From Lepidodermella squamata (lineage: Eukaryota > Animalia > Gastrotricha): a stretch of DNA of 64,000 bases. The stretch spans positions 496,001 to 560,000 of the forward strand of contig JBLDXI010000001.1 of the NCBI GenBank assembly GCA_047495785.1, written 5' to 3'. Under the pieces are notes generated by a model, which was not told the DNA's origin, ran no database searches, and saw only the letters and a list, made by a program, of their open reading frames with translations. Both the position numbers and the translations under genes were made by a program. This document shows, piece after piece, positions 34,978 to 49,112 of this stretch. Position 1 is the stretch's first letter; the number at the start of each line of letters is the position of its first letter.

Positions 34978-37900
34978 ATGGCATTTACTATAAATGCCGA
35001 AACTACATTTTCTAATGTTATGTTGCGGACTCTGGACGAGTTCCGACAATCTGGGGTTTGTGTCGACACCAAGCTCATCGCCCAGCTAGATCCTGAAGAC
35101 AAAGATAGAAAGTAAAATTTGATTTTCCATTCTTTCCATCATTGAATTTATTTGTCTGACCATAGCTTTGTCTGGTGCCACAAATGCGTTTTGGCTGCTG
35201 CTTCACCGTTCTTCCGTGCACTCTTCTCAAATGATATGCGAGAGCGAGCTGAGTCTACAGCTACTCTTCATGGCATTAGCTACAAAACTTTACTCCTTCT
35301 CGTAGATTATATTTATACCGGAAAAGTATGTTCATGGGTTATAATTGACAAACCGTTTTATATATAACTTGAATTTGAAATTAGACTATCGCATCTTCTG
35401 ATACCGAATGCATTGCTCTGTTGAACGCTGCTGGCTTTTTAGCAATGGACGACTTGATAAGTTCCTGTGCCCAAGTACTAGGCAAGGCAATTTCCATTAA
35501 CAACTGCCTGCAAATCGAACAAGCTGCTGAAGCTAGCAATTGCCACTGGCTTCTACTGGCCGCCCGCCAATTTGCGCTCGCCAATTTTGAGGTTATCTTA
35601 CTATTAAATGGCTGTTAAGGCTTGGTGTTAATTTGTATTTTTTGTACAAGGCTGTCTGTAACACTTCTTCATTTCTGGATCTCGAATACAATCGCCTAAT
35701 TTGGTACATTCAAAACTACGCTGAAGGGTGAGCGAAAACCGGATTTTTCAGGATTGTATATCGAATTATCAATTTTTCGGGAAAATTAGTAGAATAAAAG
35801 CCAAGTCCGCGTGATTAAAGCGGCTCACATTCAAGCATAAGTTTCGAGGTGTTCTTTCATACATATTTATGTATGAAATTTCAACCTTCCATGCATATGT
35901 TTTTCCGTGAAATCGTGTTTTTAGCAAAACTTGAACTGGAAAACTGGAATAGGAATTGGGGTTGAGAATTAGAGTTAGGATTAGGGCTTGGTTAGGGTTC
36001 AGGATTAAGGTTAGGGTTAGGGTGAGATAGAGTTTCGGGTTTTCGCAAAGTTCGATTTTTGGGTCATTGTACTTCCTCAATAACCATTTTCATGTGGAAA
36101 AAATTGATCACGTTATCGGAACCCAGTTTTTTATATAAACCAAAAACCAGTCATCGGGATTTATTTAATGGTTCCAGCTCGAATTTAATGACAAAATATG
36201 TATAAAAGATTGCCCCATATTTCGCTTGATTACGGCTGGAGAATCTTCAATGACTCGTTTTTAAGTCCGATAAGTGACCCTTTCGCCCTCAGGACACCTC
36301 CAACGTTTAAATTCGTCGTTATCAGAGGCGTTATCCACTTGAAAAGCTTATTTTTGCAACCGAATAATCGCCAGGTTTTTAACCCTTTCCCAAATATATG
36401 GATAAGTGATATGAAGCTGGATAATTTCCGAAATAACGTATTTTTCGCCCTGCGCATTATTCATCTAATTGTCTCAGCAGTAGAGTCGACCTGTTTGTTT
36501 AGATGACCATGAGAGCAAACATTAAGTGCATGAAACTTGCGCTACGCTGCTCTTCCCAATTGTCTTTTGTGTCATTTGCGTCATCAGGCCTTAGGAGTGG
36601 GACGTTAGGGATGACCCGATTTTAAACTTTGAAATGCAGCAGCTAACGGCGGCTTAATAATTCGATGAAAAAATGGGCGAATATCTGGAGAATTCTCGGC
36701 AAAGACAATAACACGGTGGAGGGAATGTTGATGAAAAGAGACATAATGAGGGTGGCATTTGGCTCCTTTAGTTGGTTCAAAATTGCTACTTGAAGGCGAA
36801 AATGAGCTTGAAGATGGTGTGCTATTACAAAATTATACTTGCTATATCTGAGTGTGATTTTCTTCTATTTACAGAGTTATGGGTGTTGGAAGTGATCACG
36901 TCCTCGACGGTTGTGATGCTGTCTACCGCGCTCTAGGAAAATGGACAACTCATCAAGAATCAGCCATACTTGCCAGAGCTTCACCTAGCACGGGTAGTTC
37001 CAGCCCGGAAACCGAGTCCAAAGAACAGTGCCAAACTTGCCCGGCGTCGGCTGAAACTTGCGAGTGTTCATCCGACTCGAATTCGAACCTGACCACAGTC
37101 CAAGCTCTTTTCGCTCAGCTCTTGTCATTCACGATAATCGACGCTAGTCCGAATAATAATCAAAATAACAACTCCGGTTCATTAAACACTAATCATCATT
37201 TAAAATACGTGAGATCTACCCAGCCGCAAATCGGCGTGCTAATTGTAGCATGCGGTCGATCGCCTCGCGTTTGGGCATTCAGCCAAAAGCGCAATAGCTG
37301 GCTAGCGCTACCGTCTCTTCCGTATAGCATCAGAAAAGCTGGTCTGTGCGCATTGGCCGGGTCGTTGTACGTCGTCGGCGGCCAGGTCAACAGCGTGCCG
37401 ACCAACGCAGTCTGGCGACTTGATGTTCTACCCGCGAGTTGGAACCTGGTCCGGCAACCGGCTGACACCCGCCCGGTTGCCAGGTGGACCCCGGTCAAAC
37501 CCATGCCGACCCCACGAGCCGGCCATGCCGTCGCCGCTATCGGAGACCGCTTTATCACAGTTGTTGGTGGTTACGACTCTAACAAAACGCTGGTAGACAC
37601 AATTCTTTGCTACGACCGGGTTAAAGACGTGTGGATTGAGACTGGTCGCAGTGCTTCAGTTCCGAGAATCGGCGCGAGGCTTGCCGTAATCGCTAATTAC
37701 AGCAATGAAAGGTCGCGTCATTCGTCGTCCTCGTCGTGCGCGAGTGAAAACCGATCTGCCGGGCCGCAACTGCCCGGCAGCTGGACTCTGCTCGAAGTCG
37801 GCGGACTTCAGGCTGGTGGGCGGGTGCCAGTTATTGATTGCTACTCGGTCTCCTACTTACCAACCAGCCCTCAGCTGCCGAATCTCGGCCCGGAACAGCC

Positions 37901-38423
37901 CACCTTGATGCCTGAGACCATTTCAATATCATTCAGTGGCGAGCAGTTGCTGCTGCCTCAGGCGGTCCGTTTCGCCGAACCGGTAGTTCTGAGCTCGGAA
38001 GAAAGCCCGTCGTCGCGATACGGCGAGAATTCCTCTAAATTGGTCGTAGTCTGTTCGGATTTCGGCAGCCCTACGTCAACTTCAGCTTCAGGTGCTGCAT
38101 CAGACACCGGCCAGTGCTTCGTCTTGTCGTTTGATCTGAATCGACGTCTTTGCCGGGTTGTTTCCCCGACGTTGCCATCTGGCAGCCGGGTTCGCCCGGC
38201 AGTGGCTCGAAGTTCGGATGGCACCGGGATCTTCGTAGTTGGCGGCCGGGCGTTCTCTACCGGGTCAACGTCCCTGCTCGGCGACGATAACGGCAACAGT
38301 TTCAGACCAGTTTCTACCGTTGAACTGTTGGATGAAGAATCTCGCGAGTGGAAGAAACTCAGCGATATACCCGAAGCTCGATCTGGCCACTGCTCTGCTC
38401 TGCTGTTATTCGTCAATTACTGA
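34978..38423 (+). CDS. BTB-BACK-Kelch (KLHL-like) protein, divergent, 5 exons
   Basis: BTB motifs CHKCVLAAASPFFRALFSNDMRE and LLVDYIYTGK; BACK start ISINNCL...ARQFALANFEAV; Kelch GG repeats LYVVGG, ITVVGG, IFVVGG; PMPTPRAGHAVA. Confidence 0.9.
35956..36040 (+). repeat. Degenerate interstitial telomere-like (TTAGGG) array in a Kelch-gene intron
   Basis: Four exact TTAGGG units among variants (TTAGAG, TTAGGA, TTAAGG, TTGGGG) with roughly 6-bp periodicity. Confidence 0.75.
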
Positions 38424-38722
38424 AAATCAATTTCCAAAAACTATTTTGTTAATGTTGCACTTCAAAAAATAATCATTTGTTTCGGTGAATTCAAATTCTT
38501 GATCTCAGCCAATACAGAAAGATGCTGAGCTGGCGCTGTATAACTGAATCTTCCATTTTCCCGCTTCGCCGCACTTATTGTTAAGTCTTTTACGCTGTGC
38601 ACTTTAAAATTCAAACCTGAAAATAAAATATGCTGAATGTATCTTTTCCGTCCAAATTATTATTTTCCCGACATGATGATTCGCAGAAGCTTTGTAAACA
38701 CTTAGCATGAATCTTCCCATAT

Positions 38723-38750
38723 TTCATTCATTCATTCATTCATTCATTCA
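38723..38750 (+). repeat. (TTCA)7 microsatellite
   Basis: Read directly. Confidence 0.95.
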
Positions 38751-41700
38751 TCGCAAGAAAGAAACTTTTGTTACCTACTTGCTCATAATTGCTAGCAGAT
38801 TTAGTGCCAAAGATGCCGTTCTTGTCGTACTAACTATCAGCTCGAAGATGCTTCTAAACAGGCAAATGATACTAATCATATGACTACTGTGATTTGTAGC
38901 AGTTTTGGTTTTCGAAAACTTTTATTGATTCTCGTTATAGCTGAATTCTTTCGGAGCAAGAAGTTCGAGAAATTGATGACCACATGCGCAATTAGGATGA
39001 CTCGGATGGGCTGCTATTCCAGGAAGATGAAATCAGACTAATGAATACCAAAACATTAAAATCCAGTAGAGGAGAAATTTTTTGATTAATCACAGCATGA
39101 TCTCACATGGTCATTAATTTCTCGAACCAACATGATCTAAACAGCAAAGATCTCCAAGTTGAAATCAGATTCTTATATAACTATATGCGGCTCGCTTTGT
39201 AATCCAGTTTCACAAGACATAACCATTGTTTCATACAAAAATGAAGTAGTTGAGGACATCTTGATAAATTGATATTCACGGGTCGTAGGAAACTCATTAA
39301 TGACATTGAAGATGTTGAATCAGCCTTGGATCATGTAGTTCTGCATCGATCGACGGTAATTATCGATCAAATAACCTCATTAATCAGGCGAGAGAGCGAC
39401 TTTTCACCACAGCCTTGTCAGCAATGTGGTTCCAGGTAGGTCATATACTACCCATCATTTTCATTCATTAGTCATTAGTTAATTATTCGGGTGGTTGTCC
39501 CATAAAAAAAGCACCGCAAGTTACAATGAAAAATGTATTGACGTCACTATGAAAATATGACGTATGCAGGTACCTAACATAACCTGACATAGCAAGTAAA
39601 TAAAATATGATCCTTAGTTGAATTTATTTAGCTAAAACCGAGGTTTTATGATTTATGGTCATAATGTGTATTACACTACGTAGTGTTGGTTAAACTGACG
39701 TACATTCAGGTGTTTCACCACTATGTTTAATTTGATGAAATTTCAAAAGGTGCCCGGTGCCGTTTTGTAATGTGTTAATCCTATCTATATATTGTGAAGA
39801 AAGCTAAAAATAATATTCCGCGCTTGCATATGCGTACTTCCGCGATGTGCATAGCGTTGAAGCATGCGCCGCGTTTTGACCCAGAAAAAACAGTCGGGTT
39901 TTTTTCATCGCGATCTCAGTATCTAGGTCATGGACTATAAAAAATAATCTTTTGTGAGCCGTTGCGTATATGTACTTATGCATAATATCGATTTTTTAAG
40001 GTATTTTGTACTAGCTCTCGTGCCACATCCTCTCTTGCGAGCATAATTGGCTATTATTGCTCTCAGCTTGTTCTATTTTTTCGTCACATCCTACTTACCA
40101 GCTAGGTCGCTTTTTTGTCCAATGTCTAACAATTGGAAAGTGTCGGGTTCTGTCTGTTACTAACATGCATGCTTTTAGCTGAATCATCTAACCGGACAAA
40201 TGGGATTAAATTGTCGCATTTCGTGCTTTGTCCAAAATATTGCGGTCGCTTTGATAATAATAATAATAATATGTGATCCTTCATGGCTAGTGTACCGTAT
40301 GAGTGGGCGTCTCACATTTCATCATCCAGCTGAGTCGGTGTGTAAAGTTTGTCCTAAGACTAGTTCATTCCTAGGCGTCGCTTCACTATCGATCCGTGAC
40401 GCCTAGAAGCAGCACCTGACATACACAGATCAAGTACGCATCTGAAATCCATTCCCCTACTTATTGTGCCAGGTATGCATCTTGAATCGAGTTTCACAGT
40501 CATCTTAGCGCCAGCTAAATAATATGCCAGTCGCTGTTTCTCGTTTCTCAAATAAATAGTAGTAAGTATGCATCATAAATGTCCACTGTGGATAGTGCCG
40601 GACTATCATCCTTTTCTCGCCAGATTTTTTAACCCCATTTTCCGCCTACAATCTGGCCAAGCCTGTTGTCTTTTTTCGCTCTCGTTCCTATTTTTGCGTT
40701 TTTGGCAAGAGGAAATAGCTAGTTCTATTAATAGCTCATACATATGAATAGTCCTCTGGAGTGCGGCATCGTGAACCCGTTTTTCGTCCCGGTTGTCCCA
40801 CTTTCGTTTTGCAGTATTATTTTTATTGGGTAAGATCTGCGCCGTTATTATTATTAGTATTTTCGCAAAATATATTATTTTCCGTTATATCGCCCCGGAG
40901 AATATTTATTTCGCACGTACTTTCTATATTATTATTAGCGGCGGTTGTCATGCTTTCGCATCGGTCCAAGTATAATATTGAAATAACACATGCTCGCTCT
41001 GGCTTATATCTACATATGAATTCACCAGTGCCGTTCTTTGCGCGCAGTATATTCATATATATCGCATTATTTTATATATGCGAGCGTAGCTTTTATTTTG
41101 GACCGCTCGCACACGTTGTCTCAAAACCAGGTCAGCTCCAGAATCCCTCGCATGTCTACAAACTAGTTCAAGGGCCATTACGTACTCCTCTACACACGTA
41201 GCAGTGATTACATTAATATTAGTGAAAGAGCGCGATAACGCTTGCCAGCTGCTTTTTTCACTTTTCGCGCTCACAAACACACACGTTGTAGTAATAATGC
41301 TATATCACACAAATTCTAGTTCCAAACAAATTGTGTAGGTAAAGCCAACTCGTGGCATTCCAAACCTACGTTAGTATTATTTAAAATTGTTGTCTCATTT
41401 ATTCACGGCCGTTCACTTTCACGACAAACACTACTGTGTACTGGACGCTTATGCAATTTTACATTCATTTAAATATAATAGACATGCGAATGCGCATGGC
41501 CAAGTAATTATTTTTCATAACACCAATGTCCGCTTCTAGTTTATTTCAGAGTATTGCTTTCGAAAATAGTTATATTTTTTCTTGTTTTCGAATGCGATCT
41601 ATAAATAATAACACGCTGATTACTATTTATCGAACTTTGTGTACTAGCGCACAGAGAGCGCAGCATTTTATCGACTTTTTTGTCTCCTGGCAAACGAGCG

Positions 41701-42581
41701 TATTTAGTTCATTCGAAATTCACGTAAAATAGCACCCGCGCACATTCGTAGCTTGTACGTACAACTTATCGCGCCAATCCTTTTCAAACAACACTGTCCT
41801 ACTTTATTGTCTTCAACGCGCAGTAAGCGCTCAAGAATAATTTTCTGAACTCGCGTCCGGTTTCTACATCCAAGTAAAATAATAAGCCGACCTAATTATT
41901 ACATTTCCACTGTTAACCATACGTATTGTTCTAATAATAGATCGTCCTTTGACCTTAAGATCTTGTCTCACTTTTATGACCGCTCTCTTGTTGTAATAGG
42001 CCTGGTTATGTCGATGACGCGACAGCAGAGTTGCATTTTCTTGCATTTTCACGCATAAGCTAAATGTACTCGCTTCTTCGCGTTTAGTTAATTTCGTTTT
42101 AATGTCTCTAAAATCCTCACTAGAAATGACTTTAACGTCTTGAGTTATTCTGGGAATATCGATATTTTTCATGTTCGCGTGAATCTCCAGCTTGTCTGAT
42201 TTATTGTCTGGATAGTTGCTTTATTTATTGTCTACTCAGGGGTGTGCTAGTAGGTCAGGCATTTGATACTTTCGAGAATGCGTTTTCATGCACCTGTTTA
42301 GCCCGCTATTAAACTCATCAGGCTATGATGCATTTAACGCGGAAAAAGTGTCACGGCATGTGAATGCCGTCATTTGGCGTCATTTTTTGATCTACTCTGT
42401 CTTTCCGAACACTCCTCGCAAAATAACTCAAGGACACAATGCAGTGTCTGCGCAGCATGTTTTTTCATTAGGCGAAACTAGGTCATTCGCTGTTTACAGC
42501 ATTACTTGCGTTTCATTAATTCATTTTCGTATCGGATTTTTTTATAGCTTGAAATTGTGTTGATACTGAGAGTTTTATATC

Positions 42582-43382
42582 ATGAATCCACCACTTGCTA
42601 CTACTCAAGGGCAGAAGCGTACGTTGGCCGACCAGTTGTCCTTGTTAGACGACGACGAGCCACCGATGACCACAGCTGTCACAACATCCCCGCCTCAGCC
42701 GATGACGACAAGTTCTAACCCCTGGCGCTTGAAAAGCGAGTCATCAACAGTGCTGGCCCAACGCCGACCTGTCTCTGTCGCTGACTTCATGTGCACGTGT
42801 TTAGTCAACGCGCTGCGAGACGGTGGCATTATTGTCTCATACCACGCCGTTGACGAGTCGCCCTCTGTAGGCGACTCGGGCGCGCCGCAGTGTCAGCTGG
42901 CTCCACCGCCAATGCCGAACGGCAAAACACCGCCGCGCCGCATAACACCGCCGAATTTACCGACGGTCAGGCCGCCTAACCTCCAGGCGTCCCCGACTTG
43001 CACCGCCATGACCAGCATTCTGCAACAGCTCAACGCGAAAGCCGCGGCCTCAACATACATCGCTTCATCGAAACGGGCGAAAATGTCGGCGGACCACATG
43101 CCCTCCTGCGATAAACCTGGGGTAAATTAGTTGATGACCTAATTTTCGGGGCCAAAAGTGTGCGAGTTTTGTTTGTCCTACTTATTTAGTTGAGTCGCAT
43201 TTGCTGTTTTGCAAAGCAGCGTTTCTATTTTAAGTGCGAGCGGCGCTATTTTTTCCATCGGGAATCTTTCACAATTGCGTGTACCAAAAGTTGTACTACT
43301 TATAGACGATTTTATTGTCTTTTTATTGCTTAGTCAAACACACGTGACGTTACGAAAAAATTCTTTTCAGTGCGGTATTTAA
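42582..43382 (+). CDS. Uncharacterised Pro/Thr/Ser-rich protein
   Basis: GC-rich 182-codon ORF in AT-rich surroundings. There is a probable donor at GGG|GTAAAT and a tiny last exon (CGI*) after TTTTCAG at 43370. Unspliced, it would stop at 43130. Confidence 0.55.
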
Positions 43383-43449
43383 CGCCGCACGTTTACAAGT
43401 TTTTGCACTAATAAATGTTGCCACTAGGTATAGGGTAAAAAAATATCGC

Positions 43450-44581
43450 TCAAACAACTATGAGCAAAATGGAGTAGATGAGTAAAAAGCCAGTGGCGAC
43501 AACAGGGTTCATACGCTCGGCGTTATTAGGCTTATTTTCGCGCTGCTTTGTGTCGTCGCGGATGAATCGGCACTCATGCTGGGTGACCAAAGACGTCCCC
43601 GATGTGTTGTTGCTGCTTGCCTTCGACGTGTTAATTGTCGGCTCGAGGACACCGGGCAACATTTCTAGGTCGAGCGTGTGCGAAATGGTCTGGTTAACAA
43701 TGTCCTTCTCGGCCTCGAAGCGCCATGTGCGTGCTAAATTATGCATGAAAGGCGAGCAGCTTTCGCTGGAAAGAAACCCGTAGCCTGTGCAGGCCAGCGT
43801 CAGGCCCATCGACTCGGTCATGTTGAAGCTGTAACGGCGTCGCGGGTCAGGTTGCGCCTCGAGGCAGTTTTTCGCGATTGTCTCGGTTGCGACCTGGCGG
43901 AACCACGGCGGCAGTTGACTGCGCGAGTAATCAGTGTTGCCTTTTCCCGTGCACGCGTCCATAGCCAAGAAGTTGCCCAGCATACGCGCACCTCGGTTGC
44001 AGAATCGCACCTAAAAAAATACAGGTTCATGTCCTAATTTTTTCCGTATTTTTGGGTTAAGATCTATAATAACTATCGATGCGATATTTTTAATTTTTGC
44101 GCGGGGGAGTCAATATTTGCTATGAAATCTAAATAATTAATTTTACCTGCCAATACGCGGCTAGGGACTCGTTGTTGGTGCACAGGTCGTCACTTGCGAT
44201 GATGTAAAGAACTTTCAGCGCGGTGACATTGGTGGCCCAGTAGCCACCGGCGCGGCGCAGGGTTGGCCAATTCCAGCAACTCGGGTAGTTGACTTTGAAA
44301 CACTCAGAGACGGTTTTGAAAGACGCCGGCGACTCGCATGCGTTCTGCTGGAAGTCCTCGATAGCACCGGGCATGTTGTCGACGACGCTTGTCAGTTGAT
44401 TTTTATGCCAATCCAGGGCTGAGCGAACGTAGGTGAGTTCGGCGACGCACGCCGAATCAGCGCCTAGAAGGTATTTCTCGACATTGTATACATCCTCGCC
44501 GTCGCACTGTGCGGCTAGTGAAATCCGGGTGACGATGAGCTGGATGGCGAAAACTCCAGCTAGGCAAAAACGCAGAGCCAT
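43450..44581 (-). CDS. Secreted cysteine-rich protein, probably GPI-anchored, 2 exons
   Basis: Signal peptide MALRFCLAGVFAIQLIVTRISLA, spaced cysteines, several N-glycosylation sequons, an S/T linker and a hydrophobic C-terminus (VVATGFLLIYSILLIVV) with no cytosolic tail. One phase-0 intron joins the two ORFs. Confidence 0.8.
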
Positions 44582-44966
44582 GATTTTTGGCGAAATGCGT
44601 GTGCTAGTTGGTTGGTTGTGTGTTGTCTACCTTTATTTATGATATAAATAAAAGAGCCGCAAAGGGTGGGTAGGCAGCGCTGTGCAAATAACGTTTTGTT
44701 ACGCTAACGCTGTTTTCTGGTCTATAATTGTGATTCACGGGCGCGGCTAATAAAGCGAGTCGTGCTGTTGACAAAGCACGCCGCTTGATGGCCGGGTAGT
44801 TCCGCGTGTTTACCGCGCCGGGCGAAGTATCTGCACGCCCGCTCCAAAAAAGCTTCGTATAACAGCGAGCAGTTTTGTGTCTTTCTGTCCTCAACGATTA
44901 ATAATAATAAGAATAACAAGTATTTTGCGATGCAAGCGTTCAACTTGTGTTTTTGCCCTCGTGCAG

Positions 44967-46673
44967 ATGGAAACTGCTCAGCGGTCGTACTCGCTCGCCG
45001 ACCGCCTACTCCACGTCCTCGAACAGCACCAACACGCGCGCTCGATGACAGGCACCGCGTCTATTGTCGGCGGCGGCTCGAACAGCAACGGCAATACTGC
45101 GAGTTCGCCGGTTGCTTCTTCTTCGTCGTCGTCCGACGCGTCGCTTTCACCCACCGATCTAGCCTCTTTCAAATTGCCTGTCGAGCTCGACGAAGAGCTG
45201 CGACCTGACCCGACTGCCGCCTTCCTCGGCCCTGCCGATCACTCGACTATCACGCCGCTTCACTGGGCGAGTAATCTAGGTCATGACGACTGCGTTCGAT
45301 ACCTGCTCATGGCTGGATGGAATGTAAGCGAGACTTTTTAATCTTTTAAAAAAATCCAGCTTAAAAATTCGGATTTTTTTCTGGTTCAATTTTTTTAATC
45401 TTTATTTAGTGTCATTCACGCGCGTTAAATTCACGACATGAAATTTGATAAGTCGGTGCTGAAAAAAGCCTAGAGCTAGCAGAAAAATAAGATTTATAAA
45501 TAGCCGTGTGGTACAGAGACGCAACTGTCGGAACTTTGTTTTTGTCCGATTTGTTGGCATTGTCTGAATGAGGAGACATGGAAGGCATCAGTGAAATATG
45601 ATCGCGATTTTTTTAAACCTTTGTCCGGAGTCTGATCTGCCTAATTAAGTGTAATCAGTTGAAAAAGTGAAAGGTTAAGACGAAAAATTGGCTGAAGATT
45701 ATAATTTATGGCATGCAAAATACAATTTTATTGCTTTTTCAGGTCAATTTGAAAGACATGTGCGGCTACACGCCACTTCACTACGCCGTCCGATCCGGAT
45801 CTGTCTCAGGTATATTATAGAAATTACGATTTTCAGACATCATCACTAATTTCACCTAATTATTTCGTATACAGCTGTTCGCCTTCTACTTCGCGCTGGT
45901 GCCCGACCAGACGCTAGGAATGACCTCGCTATGACTCCTCTACACGGCGCTATTCTTGATGGAGCCCTCGACGCAGCTAAGGTATGTCTCCAGAAGTAGG
46001 ATGCCCTAGTTTTGCCGAGCTATCAGCTTTGCATCGTGCCAAAATTGTCTTGCCGCTCAATTGTCACGTATAATACGTGCACATCGTATTTTTTTGTCTT
46101 TTTTATTGATTTTCCGCGCGCGAAGTACACGCGTATGGGCAAATTGTCCCGGCTTTAAAAAATCGATATATCCTGGAATATTTTATGATTGCGTATTATC
46201 TGTACGTTGTACATTTTTAGCTTCTGCTTTTGTCCGGTGGCCATGTCGACTGTCGCGATATTAATGGACAGACGGCGTTGATGTTCGCAGCGCAGTCTGG
46301 CCGGTCGTCGGCCGAGGCTGTCGAGTTGCTGCTCGACTTCAACGCCGATGCGAATTTGACGGATATGAACGGCGAGACGGCGCTGTCTTGTTGCTACCGG
46401 CTGCACCGCGCCAGGCCGCATTCCGCCGCTATCAAGGCGAAACTGGCCGTGCTCCTGCGCGCGAGTCGGCCCGAAAGCGTCCGCCCGTTGAGGTGGTACG
46501 CGACGCAGGAAATCGACCCGGAATTCGCGGCAGTTTCGCAGACTGTGACGCGGCTCGAGAGGCTTGCTGCGTTGCGAGTTCGGCAGCAAATGGGTCAGGG
46601 TTACTTACCGGAGCGCCTGGAAAAGTGCGAAATTCCAACCGTCATCAAAGACCTGCTCCTTTTGAAACGATGA
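44967..46673 (+). CDS. Ankyrin repeat and SOCS box (ASB-type) protein, 4 exons
   Basis: Ankyrin repeats ITPLHWAS, GYTPLHYAV, MTPLHGAI, GQTALMFAA and GETAL. The C-terminal VTRLERLAALRVRQQM...EIPTVIKDLLL is SOCS-box-like. Confidence 0.88.
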
Positions 46674-49112
46674 TGAAAAAAAATATGATTTATTTTTGTT
46701 TCCAACTTGGGCGCCTATCTCATCCTGGTTTTCTCGCGTCATTTTCATTGTACAAAACATTCTTGTCCCGCATTTATCATGGAAATAATTTTCGTTGTTG
46801 TTGTTCCGCACTTGTGTAATAAATGTAGAAGCGCTACCTCGCGATGGGACTATATTTTTCTGCGCCATGTATAACAACAACTTTTATCTGATGATATTTT
46901 ACGAATAGCAGAACATGGGATCGCCTTCTTGTGCTTTTAAGATGATGTTATATGATATGGATGATCGTAATTTTTATTACGCTTGTTTAATCATTTACAT
47001 GATGAAAAATATGCCTGCCTGCCTGTCCACCGGTTGTATAAGGGACGTGTTAGTATGCAAGGGCGAATCCTATAAAATGTAAGTAGCCGCCCTTTGCGCG
47101 TGTCACACTCTTCGTGGAATATTTATATATTATTAATAATAATAATTTGGCCATAGATACCATGCTGTATAAAGAGATGGATGCGGCTTTATTTACTTGT
47201 GTACACGGTGAAAACTGGCCTAGGGGCGTTTGAAAGAGAGAATAAAAATTGTTTTAATCATTATATTCTCATCTGTTTGTTTTGGCTCGCATATTATGCG
47301 TTAAAAAAAGAAGCTGAATTACTACTGAACGCATTATCTATGGACAGCTGCTGGTTTTCAGTGCAGCTCATACTCCATTGAAATTTCAAGGGCGATTTTT
47401 GACAAAAAATCATAGACATACGGAGATATACTAGCAGTCCGGGCAATCATCCCGCCATGACAATTTGTCCGGTTGTTGGGCGAAACGCGAACGAAGTCAG
47501 GATAATGTGATTTAAAAGCAAAATTGTCCGGTAGCTTTCATTTTATTTTGCCCATTTTATTATTGCACAACCTAATTTTTGTTAAGTTAATTAACGCCGG
47601 AATGAGAATTTTTGTGTCTTTGCCTCAAAACCTAGGGTACAAATGATCAAGAATCCTGCAGTTGCTCGCTTACGAACGTTGAACCGGTAAAATGGTCTGA
47701 ACGAATAACTATAACTAAGTCAAATTTGCTAATGTCCAAAATTAGCTGCCTTTAACGTCATGGCTTTCATTTCTTTGCTCTAGTTTACGTGCCAGTAAAA
47801 GGGCGACCTCATTTTTAGCTCAGTTCATGGACAGGGACAATTTTTTAAAACGGAAAACGTTGATAAGACTGTCGCGAATGGAGGCCGTATCTCAGAGATA
47901 GCGATGTGTATGAAACCATGTGACATATTTTATTGGCGCGGGATTAGCTCTATACTCGATTCGAGACACTTTCGGCGCACATGAATAGCCAATGCACTAC
48001 GCTGATAAAAAAATATTACCCACGCAGCGCATTCACTATGCATACATCTCTCCACTGTACCAACATACTGAAATAACTCGGCTGCGCTATTCGCGTATAA
48101 AGCCAGACCACACGTGGCAGTTAATAACGATTTTTACCTTGTCATTTATATTTCGTCCAGTTTATTCATGCGGCTTCTCATTTTCACACAGACGTATTCA
48201 GCAGACGTATTCACGAATCAATTAGTCCTAATTTCTACACTAGAATCAACGACGTATTTATAAGACGAGACTTGCCCTTGCATTTAGCTGGACACATTAT
48301 GAAAAAACAGAAAGGATAAAAAATTATAAAACAAGTCGAAACAATTTGGAAGTTGGAAATTCGAGTCGGATCGTAACAATAATTACTGATTTCAAGACAA
48401 ATGAATTGCCGAAGCAAATAGCAATAATTCGGCGCTATTATATTTGATTCGCTATTAGTAAACACCGCTCGTAATAAGCCGCATAATTTTGCATTACCTC
48501 GTACAATCATCACCGTGGCATCTATGGCATGTGAGCGCATTTTGGAGTACCAGCAAAGCGTAGCCTGTATGCTGCTTCACGAATCATCAGCGGAGGTAAA
48601 AGGTAAAAGCACATCAGTTTGATATACCAAGCCATGGGTGCGTAAACGCTCAGCTGCCGCATTCGAGATTCTTCTCGCAAAAGATGCCTGCCGTAATGCC
48701 TTCTCTCTTGTACCTCGAGTATGCTTGTATTCTTACTTTTTCAGCTATATGATTTATCGCACTGAACGCATAGCGAAAGGCAGAAAGGAGGTTATTATTC
48801 ACCGCCGGTTATATAACCCCACGATGCCCCGTGCCTTTTCCGCATGTGCATGCGCTCACCTTCGATCGCCTATCACGATCAGGCGGATGAGCAAGTCTAA
48901 TACACGGCCACAGTTCAGCGATCTGTATCACGCTGAGCTGCCGATACATATTACCCATACACCAACACAGGCGGAGCAGTATTATTTTCTAGAATCCACA
49001 TTTTATTACATGCAGTGTTGAGGAATTTTATTGCTTAACCTTATTTCTTACTTGATTTTTCCCTAATTTTGAATATATCCTTTAGTAAATTTCCGTTTTA
49101 TCTTAAATTGAA

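Noticed and set aside
39483-39790. Possible decayed Tc1/mariner-like MITE (CCCATAAAAAAAGCACCG ... CGGTGCCGTTTTGTAATG)
   Set aside because: The inverted match is too degenerate to define ends without other copies.
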